64,000 nucleotides of DNA from Octopus sinensis (lineage: Eukaryota), in contig NC_043021.1 of assembly GCF_006345805.1 (NCBI RefSeq), positions 21,762,001 through 21,826,000 on the forward strand, read 5' to 3'. Below are positions 10,251-22,440 of this stretch, piece by piece. How positions within the stretch are numbered: the first letter of the stretch is position 1; every line of letters starts with the position of its first letter. The position numbers and the translations under genes were made by a program. The notes below the pieces were generated by a model, which had not been told where the DNA came from, searched no databases, and saw only the letters and a list, made by a program, of their open reading frames with translations.

Positions 10251-10687
10251 GTTGGATGGTGAGTAAGGCAGTTGGCATCGCTCTGCCATCTGGCTGCCTC
10301 TCTTGGCCTCCATGCCAAGTACCAAATGGTGTACAAAAATGCAACGAGCATGGTCTATCGATGTTGGTTGTCTGTCAATAGGTTGACATTGACTGCCCTG
10401 TCCAGGAGCAAAACACCTTTGGATGGTGAGTGAGCCAGTTCTCATCGCTCTGCCATCTGGCTGCCTCTCTTGGCCTCCATGCCAAATACCAAACGGTGAA
10501 GAAAAATGCAACGAGCATGGTCTATCGATGTTGGCTGTCTGTCAGTAGGTTGACATTGACTGCCCTGTCCAGGAGCAAAATACCTTTGGGTGGTGAGTGA
10601 GCCAGTTCTCATCGCTGGCCATCTGGCTGCCTCTCTTGGCCTCCATGCCAAGTACCAAATGGTGTACAAAAATGCAACGAGCATGGT
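10251..10687. repeat. 167-bp tandem repeat, ~2.6 copies
   Basis: CATCGCT(C/G) anchors at 10276, 10443 and 10610. Confidence 0.9.
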
Positions 10688-10988
10688 TTACAATGAAGCT
10701 GTTCTGCAGCTCACTGGTTTGTTGATATCCAACCATTGTTTGATGGCACAGATCCTCCACTTGTTCACAATAACCTTCTGCGTGGGCAGAAAGATTTGCT
10801 TCTGTGAGATTTTAGTTGGTTGTGAAAACATCTTGGTGCTTGTGGATTTGAATATACATGTATATATAATAGGTAGGGGACTCTGAAAGGGATCTCAGGG
10901 ACTAACATCCCTGCCTTCTTGAGCTAGTTTTCCACAACATTTCTTAAAAATCGTGGTTGAAGCCTTGGTCTCCATTGTAGACATAATT

Positions 10989-11371
10989 GGAAGCACTCCG
11001 TCAGTTACAACGATGAGGGTTCCGGTTGATCCGATCAACGGAACAGCCTGCTCGTGAAATTAACGTGTAAGTGGCTGAGCACTCCACAGACACGTGTACC
11101 CTTAACATAGTTCTCGGGGAAGATTCAGCGTGACACAGAGAGTGACAAGGCTGGCCCTTTGAAATACAGGTACAACAGAAACAGGAAGTAAGAGTGAGAG
11201 AAAGTTGTGGTGAAAGAGTACAGCAGGGATCACCACCATCCCCTGCCAGAGCCTCGTGGAGCTTTTAGGTGTTTTCGCTCAATAAACACTCACAACGCCC
11301 GGTCTGGGAATCGAAACCGCGATCCTACGACCGCGAGTCCGCTGCCCTAACCACTGGGTCATTGCGCCTCC
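10989..11371 (-). mobile_element. SINE-C copy, tail type 1, with TSD
   Basis: tRNA-like head; AGACATAATT at 10979-10988 and 11374-11383. Confidence 0.88.
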
Positions 11372-11635
11372 ACAGACATAATTAGGATGCTATGGTGATC
11401 TGACTGATGAGCTAGCTTTCTTTATTTGCATCTATTTGTGATTATACAATTGTTTTGCATAATGCTGAGCAGAGATATTGATGCAGGCATGTAGGTGTAA
11501 TTCTTTGCTTATTGAAAATGAAATGACATGAAGAAGTTTATGAAACAGCTGTAATCATATGGAAGTTATACCCGAAAATAGTCCTATCTTGACCTCTCAC
11601 ACATTCTGACTTTATGCTTTATTTATATATTTATA

Positions 11636-12150
11636 ATAGTTAGTTAGTTAGTTAGTTAGTTAATTTTTTGGCTCAAAAAGCAAAAAGCAAGGCCATGTAG
11701 GGGGACATGGAGTTATGTACAGGGTGGTGTTCATGTAAAGAGTTCAGGCCACTTGCGGTCAAGGGAGACTTTAAACCGAGCGGTCGTCGGCATCTTCACT
11801 ATCTTGTCCGTTAGCTTATTCCACGGATCCGCAACCCGGACGGAGAAAGCCCCTCTCCTTCGATTGAGATGAAATCGTCGCAGATAGAGCTTTTCGGAAT
11901 GACCCCGCAGCCAACGCTCTGGAGCAGGAGTGAAGAACAGCTCTTTCGAGAGGTTACACTTTCCGCTTATGATGTTGTGAGCAAGAATGAGATCACCACG
12001 GCGTCGTCGTTTTTCTAGAGAATAAAGGTCGAGCGTCTTCAGCCTTTCTTCATAAGACAAATGCTTGAGACCAAGAACCATGTGGGTAGCCAGCTTCTGG
12101 ACTCTTTCGAGATGCTGTATGTCTTTGAGGAGATAAGGAGAAGAGGCTTG
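11636..12150 (-). mobile_element. 5'-truncated CR1-type LINE 3' end
   Basis: KDIQHLERVQKLAT...LSYEERLKTLDLYSLEKRRRRGDLI...FSVRVADPWNKL, then 3' UTR and (AACT)n tail. Confidence 0.85.
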
Positions 12151-12151
12151 G

Positions 12152-13030
12152 GTGCATGTGTGGCTGTGTGGTAAGAAGCTTGTTTTCTAACCATGTGGTT
12201 CTGGATTCAGTCCCACTGTGTGGTCGTACGCTGACCAACACCTTGTTAGTAGATTTGGTAGACTGAAACTGAAAGAAGCTCCTTGTATATAGACATATCC
12301 GTGTGTGTATGTGTGCGTGTGTGCCTTTGTGTTGGTGTTTGTCCCCCATCACTGCTTGACAACCAGTGTTGGTGTATTTGTACTCCTGCAACTTAGTGGT
12401 TCAGCAAAAGAGACCTATAAAGTAAGTACCATACTTAAAAAAAAAAAAAATTACCAGGGCAGGAGTGACTGTGTGGTAAGTAGCTTGTTTACCAACCACA
12501 TGGTTCCGGGTTCAGTCCCATTGCGTGGCATCTTGGGCAGGTGTCTTCTGTTATAGCCCCGGGCCGACCAAAGCCTTGTGAGTGGATCTGGTAGATGGAA
12601 ATTGAAAGAAGCCCGTCGTATATATGTAGTGGCGGTTTTTTTGACTATTTATTAAATTTTATGTATTGATTAAGTCTTTCCTTGTTTGTTTTGCAAAATA
12701 GTGGTTTTGTCTCAAATAATATTTTATATATATATATATATATATGCGTGTGTGTGTTTGTGTGTCTGTGTTTGTCCCCCTAGCATTGCTTCACAACCGA
12801 TGCTGGTGTGTTTATGTTCCCGTTACTTAGCAGTTCGGCAAAAGAGACCGATAGTATTACAAAAGAATAAGTCCCGGGGTCGAGTTGCTCGATTAAAGGC
12901 GGTGCTCCAGCATGGCCACAGTCAAATGACTGAAACAAGTAAAAGAGGGTTGATTCATTCAACTAAAATTTCTTCAAAGCGCTGCTCCAGCATGACCACA
13001 GTCTAATGACTGAAGCAAGTAAAGGAGTAA
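12152..13030 (+). mobile_element. Cluster of SINE-A pieces: diverged copy, head, body and duplicated tail
   Basis: Repeated head motifs at ~12152 and ~12457; tail motif at ~12895 and again at ~12978. Confidence 0.8.
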
Positions 13031-13589
13031 AAGTTATGTGCCTCCAATGAGCTGCTGTTTGTTATTCTAAGAACTGGCGGATATAATATCTCACTTGGCG
13101 GCAAGTTTGGTGATAGAAAAAGCATCTGACCATAGAAAAGCTCTACCTCAACAAAGTTCAGCTGACCCGTGTCGGTGTGGAAAAATGGACATTACAACAA
13201 TGCTGTTGTCGATGATGATGATGATGGAAAACATGCATTTTAACATTTTCCCCAATTATGCTAAAATTAGATTTTCCAATGAATAATTATAATTATGCTG
13301 AAGGTGAAATTACTTTAAACTTGCAAACTTATCTCTTCAGCAGTTCAGTACCCTGTCTTGGCTGGAAGGCAAATCTGTTCTTGTGGTTCAATGTTGAGGA
13401 AATGTTTACTGGCTGGCACTGGACGGTGGTGGTGGTGGTGGTGGTGTGGGGTAGTGAGGAGGTGGGAAGTGGTGGTGGTGGGCAAGGAAGGAGTAGTGCC
13501 GAGATTGGTTTCAGTTAAAAAAAGAAATTTTTGTTTCCGTGTCGTTCCAGACTGACCTTCTTCTCTTACTCTGTCCCTCTCTGTCTTTC

Positions 13590-14050
13590 CATCTCCATGA
13601 CCACCACTGCACCACCACCACCACCAACCCTATCACCACTACCTCAGCCATCAACATCACTAGCAATACCATCGTTACCATTGCAACCACCAACATCACC
13701 ACAACACCCATTATCACCACCACCACCACCAGTGATACCACCGTACCATCACAACCACCTCCCCCCCACCACCACCACCACTATGATACCTTCACCATAA
13801 CCACTACATCCCCCACCATTGCTACCATCTCTTCTACCACCACATGCACTACCACCACCACCACCACCCTGACCACAACCACTACCACCATCAGCACCTC
13901 CACTAGTGCTCTTATCACTGCTACATCACCACCATAATAACAACAACCATAACCACCATCAAAACAACCACCCACCACCACCACCACCACCATCAGCGAG
14001 ACTACCATTACCATCGCCACTACCATTGCTGGTACCATCACCACTGCTGC
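13590..14050. repeat. Degenerate (ACC/CAT)n trinucleotide field
   Basis: Directly visible; open on both strands because the repeat contains no stop codons. Confidence 0.85.
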
Positions 14051-14139
14051 CACTTCACACATCTGTCCAGACTTCTTGCTTCCGACACATCAACCTACTT
14101 CTTAGCCAGGCATGAAATTGAAATGGTTCTTGTGCGTAT

Positions 14140-14268
14140 GTGCATGCATGTGTGTGTGGTGTGTGTGTGTGTGTGCATGTGTGTGTGCATGTGTGTGTGT
14201 ATGTGCGTGTGTGTGTTTGAGTATGTGCATGTGTGTGTGTATGTGTGTGCATGTGTGTGTGTATGTGT

Positions 14269-14303
<35 letters not shown>

Positions 14304-14791
14304 ATGTGTGTGCGTATGTGCATGTGTGTGTGTGTATGTGCATGTGTGTGTATATATGCATGTGTGTGTATGTGCATGTGTGTGTGTGTATGTGCATGTG
14401 TGTGTGTGTATGTGCATGCGTGTGTGTGTATGTGCATGTGTGTGTGTGAGTATGGCTGTGTTTGTGTATGTATCAGCATTTGTGTATTTTATGTATGTAT
14501 GTATATATGTATGTGCGTCTCTGCGTATAGTTCTCCTATGTACTTTCAGGTGTGTGTATTAATGAGTAATTTTGTGTGTTTGCAAGTTGCTCAGTGTGTT
14601 ATGTTCACGCTTGTTTGCGTGTGTGTATGTGCTTCTGTATATTTTTTCTACATATGTGTGTGTGTGTGTGAGTGTGTATGCGTGCGTGTGCATATGCTTG
14701 TGTGTATATCTGTATATTTATATGCATACTTGGATGTGTATGTTTGTGCTTGTCGATGCTTGTGCATCTGTAAATTATTTTGCATATGTGA

Positions 14792-14828
<37 letters not shown>

Positions 14829-14858
14829 TATACATATATATGTGTATGTGTGCTCTTA

Positions 14859-14898
<40 letters not shown>

Positions 14899-15100
14899 CA
14901 TACACATATACATATATGTGTGTGTGTGTGCTCTTATGTGTATATATATACATATTTGCATGCATACTTGAATGTGTGTGTGTGCACACGTTTCTTTATT
15001 TGTATGTTTGTATGTATGTATAAAAAAAAATGTATGTATGTGCTCATATATTTGCATATATCTTTCTAGTTATGAGTATTTATTGATGTGTGTATATGCA
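14140..15100. repeat. (TG)n/(TGCA)/(TA)n microsatellite field
   Basis: Directly visible. Confidence 0.9.
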
Positions 15101-15585
15101 TATTTTGCATATATTTAAACACTCAGGTACACATGCGCTTTTTAGCTATTTATTTAGCATTAATTTTTTTTTCTGGTATCTTATTTTGGACTTTTGTTTT
15201 TATTTGTTCACCTGTGTGAAAAGTCTGGTGAACCAGGTAATGTGTGTTGATGAAGGGGACGTGACATCATTTTACAAGCTGCAAATCTGCAAATATAGCC
15301 ACAGAATGAAGATTTCATTAACCTGGCTTACGATATGCTGTTCATTAAGATTTCATTAATATGTCTATTACATCCGTGTCTATTCATCCCTCTCTCTCTT
15401 TCGCTCGTATACATACATATGTGAATGTGTACATGTGTGTGTGTGTGTCTGTATGCGCATAAACATACATACATACATATATATATACATACATATACAA
15501 ATCTATATATCATCATATATATATATACACATATATATATATACACACACATATATATATATGTATATATATATTTATGTATATG

Positions 15586-15629
<44 letters not shown>

Positions 15630-15685
15630 TATTTATGTATATATATGTGTATATATGTATATATATGTATATATGTATATGTATG

Positions 15686-15734
<49 letters not shown>

Positions 15735-15744
15735 ATAATGATAT

Positions 15745-15878
15745 ATAGGAAGGGTATCCAGCTGTAGAAACTTTGCCAGATCAGATTGAGCCTGGTGCAG
15801 CCTTCTGGCTCACCAGTTCTCAGTCAAACTGTCCAACCCATGCCAGCATGGAAAGTGGACGTTAAATGACGATGATAC
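15745..15878 (+). mobile_element. Repeat-D 3' fragment with (GAT)n tail
   Basis: GGAAGGGTATCCAGCTGTAGAAAC...AACCCATGCCAGCATGGAAAGTGGACGTTAAATGACGATGAT. Confidence 0.75.
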
Positions 15879-15942
15879 GATGACATATACATACATACAT
15901 ATATATATAATTGAATAAAATTTGGGTAAAAACCTTGTAGTA

Positions 15943-17516
15943 CAAGGGGGTACCCAAAAGAAACCAGAATTTTGCAATGTTATTTTATCCACTTAGATTT
16001 ACATGTTTACTCTTTTATCGGCATCAAAGTATTCTCCATTTGAAACAATGCACCAATCCAGATGTGGCTTCCACTGTTGGAAGCAGCACTGGAACTCTTG
16101 CAAAGTGATGCCTTTTAACGCCTCCATTGTTTTTTTCCTTCACCTCTTCCACATCTACAAATTCCATAGTACCAGCTTTTGCCACCAGTGATGACCTTCA
16201 GAACAGGGTCTGGATCAATTTCCAACTGTTCTTTCAATTCATGGCATGCATTCAGTTGTTACTACTTTTGATCTTCCGTGAGCAAACGAGACACAAATTT
16301 TACTGCAACTCTCTCCTTATTTGCAATTCCTCACTCACAGTTCATTGGCAGGAGCTCCAAGACACACCAGTCATATCAATAAGTTGGTCATTTGTTCAGT
16401 GATGGTCCCTCAAGATCATTTACATGGAGGCACATGGCCTAGTGGTTAGAGCAGTGGACTCACGGTCGAGGGATCGCGGGTTCGAATCTCAGACCGAGCG
16501 ATGTGTGTGTTTATGAGTGAAACACCTAAGCTCCATGCAGCTCCAGCAGAAGGTAATGGCGAAACTTCTGCTGACTCTTTCGCCAGAAATTTCTCTCACT
16601 CTTTCCTCCTGCATCTTGCGGCTCACCTGCGATGGACCAGTGTCCCATCCAGGTGGGGAACCTATACACCAAGAAACCGGGAAACTGGCCCTTATGAGCC
16701 AGGCATGGCTCGAGAAGGAACAACCTAACTTAAACTGACCTCAAGATCATTTCATGAATTTTCATGATGTTTACACTCATTTGGGAGGTTGATGGACATC
16801 TTGAACGAGGTTGGTCTTCAGGCAACTAGTGTGTTTATGAGTGTGTTTATGAGCGAAAGACCTAAGCTCCACGCAGCTCCGGCAGAAGGTAATGGCGAAC
16901 TTCTGCTGACTCTTTTGCCACAACTTTCTCTCACTCTTTCCTCCTGTATTTTGCAGCTCACCTGCGATGGACTGGCGTCCCATCCAGGTGGGGAACCTAT
17001 ACGCCAAGAAACCGGGAAACCGGCCCTTATGAGCCAGGCATGGCTCCTCGAGAAGGAACAACCTAACCTAACCTCAAGATCATTTCATGAATTTTCACGA
17101 TGTTTATACTCATTTGGGAGGTCGATGGACATCTTGAACGAGGCTGGTCTTCAGGCAACTAGTAACCACTCCTAAAGCATGAAAACCACTTTTAAGCTTT
17201 TGTTTCATTCATGGCAGTGCCCTTGTAAGCTGTTTGAAGCATAACAACTGTTTTGGCTGCCGTTTTCCCCAACAGAAAACAGAATTCTACAGAAGCATGC
17301 TGTTCCTTTGCTTCAGCCATCGCAAAAATTGATGAACAGAGGAGAAGCACAGCACAAACAAAGATACACCATGTGACAATATGACTTCACCTGACGACGA
17401 TGGTTGGCGTGCTGATGCCTGAGGGTCACATCAAGTGGCTTCTAGCTGCAGAAGCCTAAACTACTACAGGCTTGTCCCACAGGGAACGTTTCTGGTTACT
17501 TTTGGGTACACCCTCG
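15943..17516 (-). mobile_element. Internally deleted, degenerate mariner transposon
   Basis: TIRs (TA)CAAGGGGGTACCCAAAAG and CTTTTGGGTACACCCTCG(TA); minus-strand remnants EQHASVEFCFLLGKTAA, EDQPRSRCPST, VAVKFVSRLLTEDQK, KVITGGKSW and WCIVSNGEYF. Confidence 0.85.
16426..16738 (+). mobile_element. SINE-C copy, tail type 3 (V-domain-like motif), nested in the mariner
   Basis: tRNA head; CCTGCGATGGACCAGTGTCCCATCCAGG; 14-bp TSD CCTCAAGATCATTT at 16408-16421 and 16739-16752. Confidence 0.85.
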
Positions 17517-17564
17517 TATACCATAGCGCTCATCCATAGGTATTAGCTACCAAATGTCATCATA

Positions 17565-18250
17565 GGTGTAGGAGTGGCTGTGTGGTAAGTAGCTTGCTTA
17601 TAAACCACATGGTTCCAGGTTCAGTCCCACCACTTGGCACCTTGGGCAAGTGTCTTCTACTATAGCTTCGAGTCGACCAAAGCCTTGTTAGTGGATTTGG
17701 TAGATGGAAACTGAAAGAAGACCGTCGTATATATATATATATATATATATATACATAATCTACAAAATGAGGGCAAATTTTGTAAATAATTTATAAATTT
17801 AACCTTTAAAGGTATTTTTTGATATGCTGGCCATTGATGAAATTTTTTTCCCGAAAAAAATTTTATCCTACATTAGTTATATATATATATATATCACGTG
17901 GATGAGAAAGGTGCGATCCAGAGAGGAGTGGACAGCGTGCTGTTACCAGCGGTGTCAAATGGACGCCTGACGGACAGGTCAGTCAAAGTGGTCAGAGTGA
18001 TATATATATATATATATATATATATACATTTATGTGTATGTGTGTGTGTCTCTGTCCCCGCCGACATCACTTGACAACCGATGCTGGTGTGTTTACGTCC
18101 CCATAACTTAGCGGTTCGGCAAAAGGGACCGATAGAATAAGTACTAGGCTTACGAAGAATAAGACCCGGGGTCGATTTGCTCGACTAAAGGCGGTGCTCC
18201 AGCATGGCCACAGTCAAATGACTGAAAGAAGTGAAAAAGAAAAAGAGAAT
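17565..18250 (+). mobile_element. SINE-A copy split by two insertions in its internal TA tract
   Basis: Head 17565-17730; tail 18030-18250; non-SINE inserts at ~17735-17880 and ~17895-18000. Confidence 0.8.
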
Positions 18251-18339
18251 ACAGTTGGAATACTTCTCTCACTGGATATACATCTGGAATTCCATAGTTT
18301 CCATACAGTTTGGTGGAATGTAAAAGCGCCCAATTAGGA

Positions 18340-18990
18340 GCCATCATCATCATCATCATCACCATCGCTTCTACTACTACCATTACCAACACCACTGCCA
18401 TCATCATCACCGTCATTATACCACTATTGTTCACAGCATCACAGCCACTACCACCATCATCGTCATCATCATTATCGTTATCAACATCAGACATCATCAC
18501 CTTTATTATCACCATTCTCCTCTTCCCTCTCGGCATCACCATCATCATCTTCATCATTGTCAGCATCACCATCATCACTATCACCACCACCACCACCACC
18601 ACCATGACTAACATCATCACCACACCCATCACCTCCATCACCATAACGACCATCATCATCATGATTTTCATCATCATCATCACCACCACCACCACCACTG
18701 CCATCATCAACACTAACATCATCACCACACCCGTCACCTCCATCACCATAACAACCCTCGTCACAAGAGCCATCATCATCACCACCATCACCAACACCAC
18801 CGCTGACGTGACCATCACCATTGCCGCCGTCATCACACTACCACTACGACGATGACAACCACCACCACCAACAACAACACCACCACCACCACCTCCACAA
18901 CCACCACCACCACCACAACCACCCCAACCACCACCACCACCAACACAACCCCCCTCCCCCCCCATCATCATCATCGTTAATATCACCATC
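18340..18990. repeat. Degenerate (CAT/CAC)n field
   Basis: Directly visible. Confidence 0.85.
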
Positions 18991-19229
18991 CGTGGTTGCA
19001 GAAAGACATTAAGTATTTCTTTTTAGTTGCATCAAGAAACAAATTTGTGCACATCTCGGGGAAAAACGGACATAAAAAGAGCATTCACACTTCAAACCGC
19101 GGCTCTTTCGCATTACATTTATGCTATTTGCAAACCCTTAATATTAACTGTTTTTCTTGGATTGAGCCTATTTCTGTTTCGGCCCCTTTACAGATAATCC
19201 TTTTGATGTGTGTTTAAAGAAGTCGTTGC

Positions 19230-19271
19230 ATACCACACACGCACACACTTGTGTATGTGGGCATGCGTGCA

Positions 19272-19324
<53 letters not shown>

Positions 19325-19477
19325 ATATGTATGTATGTATGTATGTATATATATATGTATGTGTATATATATATATTATATATATATATATATTATATAT
19401 ATGTGTATATATATATGTGTATATATATATGTATATATATGTATGTATGTATATATATATATATATATATATGTGTG

Positions 19478-19524
<47 letters not shown>

Positions 19525-20008
19525 TATATATATATGTATATATATGTATGTATATATATGTATATATATATGTATATATATTGTATATATATGTGTATAT
19601 ATATATGTATGTGTGTGTGTGTATGTATGTATATATATACATATATATACATATATATATATATATAACTTCAGCTATTCTAATTGCAAACAGAGTCACA
19701 TTCCTTTGCTGTTGTATTTCCTCTAATACAGTATTTTAGTCATCACCATCACCACCATCATCATCATCATCCTCACTATCACCATCATCATTATCCTCGT
19801 TGCCATCACCACTTCCACCTCCGTCTTCTTCACCCACCATCTCACTTCTCTCCAATATTGCTCTCCTGTATTGCTCTCCTGTGCTGTCCAATTATTAATA
19901 TACATGGCTGTCGTTTCTGTAACAGAAAGTGATTGCATGCTCATTATATGCTAACTGCGGCTGTCTGTCTGTCTGTCTATTCATATGCTTGTGTGTGTGG
20001 GTGTGTGC

Positions 20009-20039
<31 letters not shown>

Positions 20040-20610
20040 GTGCGTGTGTTTATATATGCGTATGCAAGTGTATATATATGTGTGTGTGAGTGTCTGTGTG
20101 TTTATATATGTGTATATACAAGTGTGTGTGTGTGTGTGTGTGCGTGTTTATATATGCGTATGCAAGTTTATATATATGTGTTTGTGTCTGTTTATATTTG
20201 TGTATATATATATATGTATGAGTCTTTGTGTGTGTATATGTGTGTATGTATATACATATGTGTGTGTGTCTGTGTGTTTATATGTGTACATATATGTAGA
20301 TATGTGTGTGAATATATGTGTATACATGTGTGTGTGTGTCTCTGTGTTTATATATGTGTATATATATATGTATGTGTCTTTGTGTATGTATATGTGTGTA
20401 TGTATATACATATGTGAATGTGTCTGTGTGTTTATATGTGTATATATATATATATGTAGTTATATGTGTGTGTGTGAATATATGTATATTTTTATATTTA
20501 TTGTGTGTGTGAATATTTGTATATTCATATATATATGTGTGTGTGTATATATGTGTGTGTGTGTGAATATATGTATATTTATATACATGTGTGTCTATGT
20601 ATCTATGTTT
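19230..20610. repeat. TA/TG/TATG microsatellite fields
   Basis: Directly visible. Confidence 0.9.
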
Positions 20611-20760
20611 ATTTCCTCGTGGTCCTTTCTGTTGAAGAGCATAGGCTCGAAATGTTAAAGACTTTCTCACCTTCCCGAGCGGAAAATTAATACACCTCCA
20701 TGTTGTTTATGCACCCATCTTCATCGTTTGTTTTTCTGTAAATTTCAATTATATGATATA
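20610..20760 (+). mobile_element. Penelope-like terminal remnant with hammerhead-like motif (20623-20662)
   Basis: CTTT-CTGTTGA-A-GAGC ATAG GCTC-GAAA-TGTT-AAAG; the downstream TTCCCGAGCG is shared with the 6040 remnant. Confidence 0.55.
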
Positions 20761-20764
20761 TATC

Positions 20765-21171
20765 TCTCTTTACTCTTTACTTGTTTCAATCATTTGACTG
20801 CGGCCATGCTGGACCACCGCATTTAATCGAGCAACTCAAACCCGGGACTTATTCTTTCGTAAGCCCAGTACTTATTCTATCGGTCACTTTTGCCGAACTG
20901 CTAAGTGACGGGAACGTAAACACACCAGCATCGGTTGTCAAGCAATGCTAGGGGGACAAACACAGACACACAAACACACACGCTCACACATATATATATA
21001 CATATTTACAACGGGCTTCTTTCAGTTTCCGTCTACCAAATCCACTGACAAGGCATTGGTCGGCCCGGGGCTATAGCAGAAGACACTTGCCCAAGATGCC
21101 ATGCAGTGGGACTGAACCCGGAACCGTGTGGTTGGTAAGCAAGCTACTTACCACACAGCCACTCTTGCGCC
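20765..21171 (-). mobile_element. SINE-A copy
   Basis: Full length. Confidence 0.9.
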
Positions 21172-21371
21172 TGATATATATATGAAATAAATGACAAAGA
21201 AACAGAAAATTAGTCAAAGAACTTCCTCTGTTTAAAACTAATCTAAGAACAGTTGCCGTTTCCTATGCCATTTATTTTATAAACATATATTATGCACTGT
21301 ACTTGACCAATGCATTCTGAAGCATATGTATAGTCAGTTCTAATACTAAGTTATTGGTCTCGCTATGCTTA

Positions 21372-21408
<37 letters not shown>

Positions 21409-21409
21409 T

Positions 21410-21675
21410 ACCCGTGCCGGTGGCACGTAAAAAGCACCATCTGTCCGTGGCACCTGTGCGGCACCTGTCTGGCACCTGTGCGGGTGGCATGTAAAAAGCA
21501 CCCACTACACTCATGGAGTGGTTGGCGTTAGGAAGGGCATCCGGCCATAGAAACACTGCCAGATCAGACTGGGCCTGGCGCAGCCTTCTGGCTTCCCAGA
21601 CCCAAGTTGAACCGTCCAACCCATGCTAGCATGGAAAGCGGACGCTAAATGATGATGATGATGATGATGATGATG
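21410..21675 (+). mobile_element. Repeat-D copy
   Basis: GTGCCGGTGGCACGTAAAAAGCACC...GGTTGGCGTTAGGAAGGGCATCC...GGACGCTAAA(TGA)n. Confidence 0.85.
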
Positions 21676-21681
21676 ATATAT

Positions 21682-22085
21682 AGGTGTAGGAGTGACTGTG
21701 TGGTAAGTTGCTTGCTTACGAACTGCATGGTTCCGGGTTCAGTCCCACAGCATGGCACCTTGGGCAAATGTCTTCTACTATAGCCTCGAGCTGACCAAAG
21801 CCTTGTGAGTGGATTTGGTAGATGGAAACTGAAAGAAGCCCGTCGTATATATACATATATATATTTGTGTGTCTGTGTTTGTTCCCCCAACATCGCTTGA
21901 CAACCGATGCTGGTGTGTTTACGTCCCCGTCACTTAGCGGTTCGGCAAAAGGGACCGATAGAATAAGTACTAGGCTTACAAGTAATAAGTCCTGGGGTCG
22001 ATTTGCTCGGCTAAAAGGCGGTGCTCCAGCATGGCCACAGTCAAATGACTGAAACACGTAAAAGAGTCAAAGAGAGTAAAGAGTA
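21682..22085 (+). mobile_element. SINE-A copy
   Basis: Full length. Confidence 0.9.
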
Positions 22086-22440
22086 TATATTAATGTTTGC
22101 TTTTATGCTCAGTTATAACGTAAGCAATTTTGCATTAACCTGATGGGTTTACTCTATACTTTTGTACTACTAAGTTCTACATAGATGAATAAATTCTGAA
22201 CAATAACATAAACCCAAATTTAATCAATTAAAAATTTTTCCAAAATGCCCTTTCCATAAAACCACTCATAAAAAAACCTAATTAGCACCCACTCAAACCC
22301 ACACACCCAAAGATGATTTTAAACTCACCAGACATGAAATAAAGGCAAGACTAATTCTATTAAACTGCAGACTGATAATGGTTGAGTTGGCTGGAACTCT
22401 GGAATTACTTCAACAACATTCTTGTATAAGAATTATATAT

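Noticed and set aside
22140-22380. Strand-skewed AT-rich stretch suggesting a mitochondrial insertion
   Set aside because: No recognisable mitochondrial protein, rRNA or tRNA in any frame.
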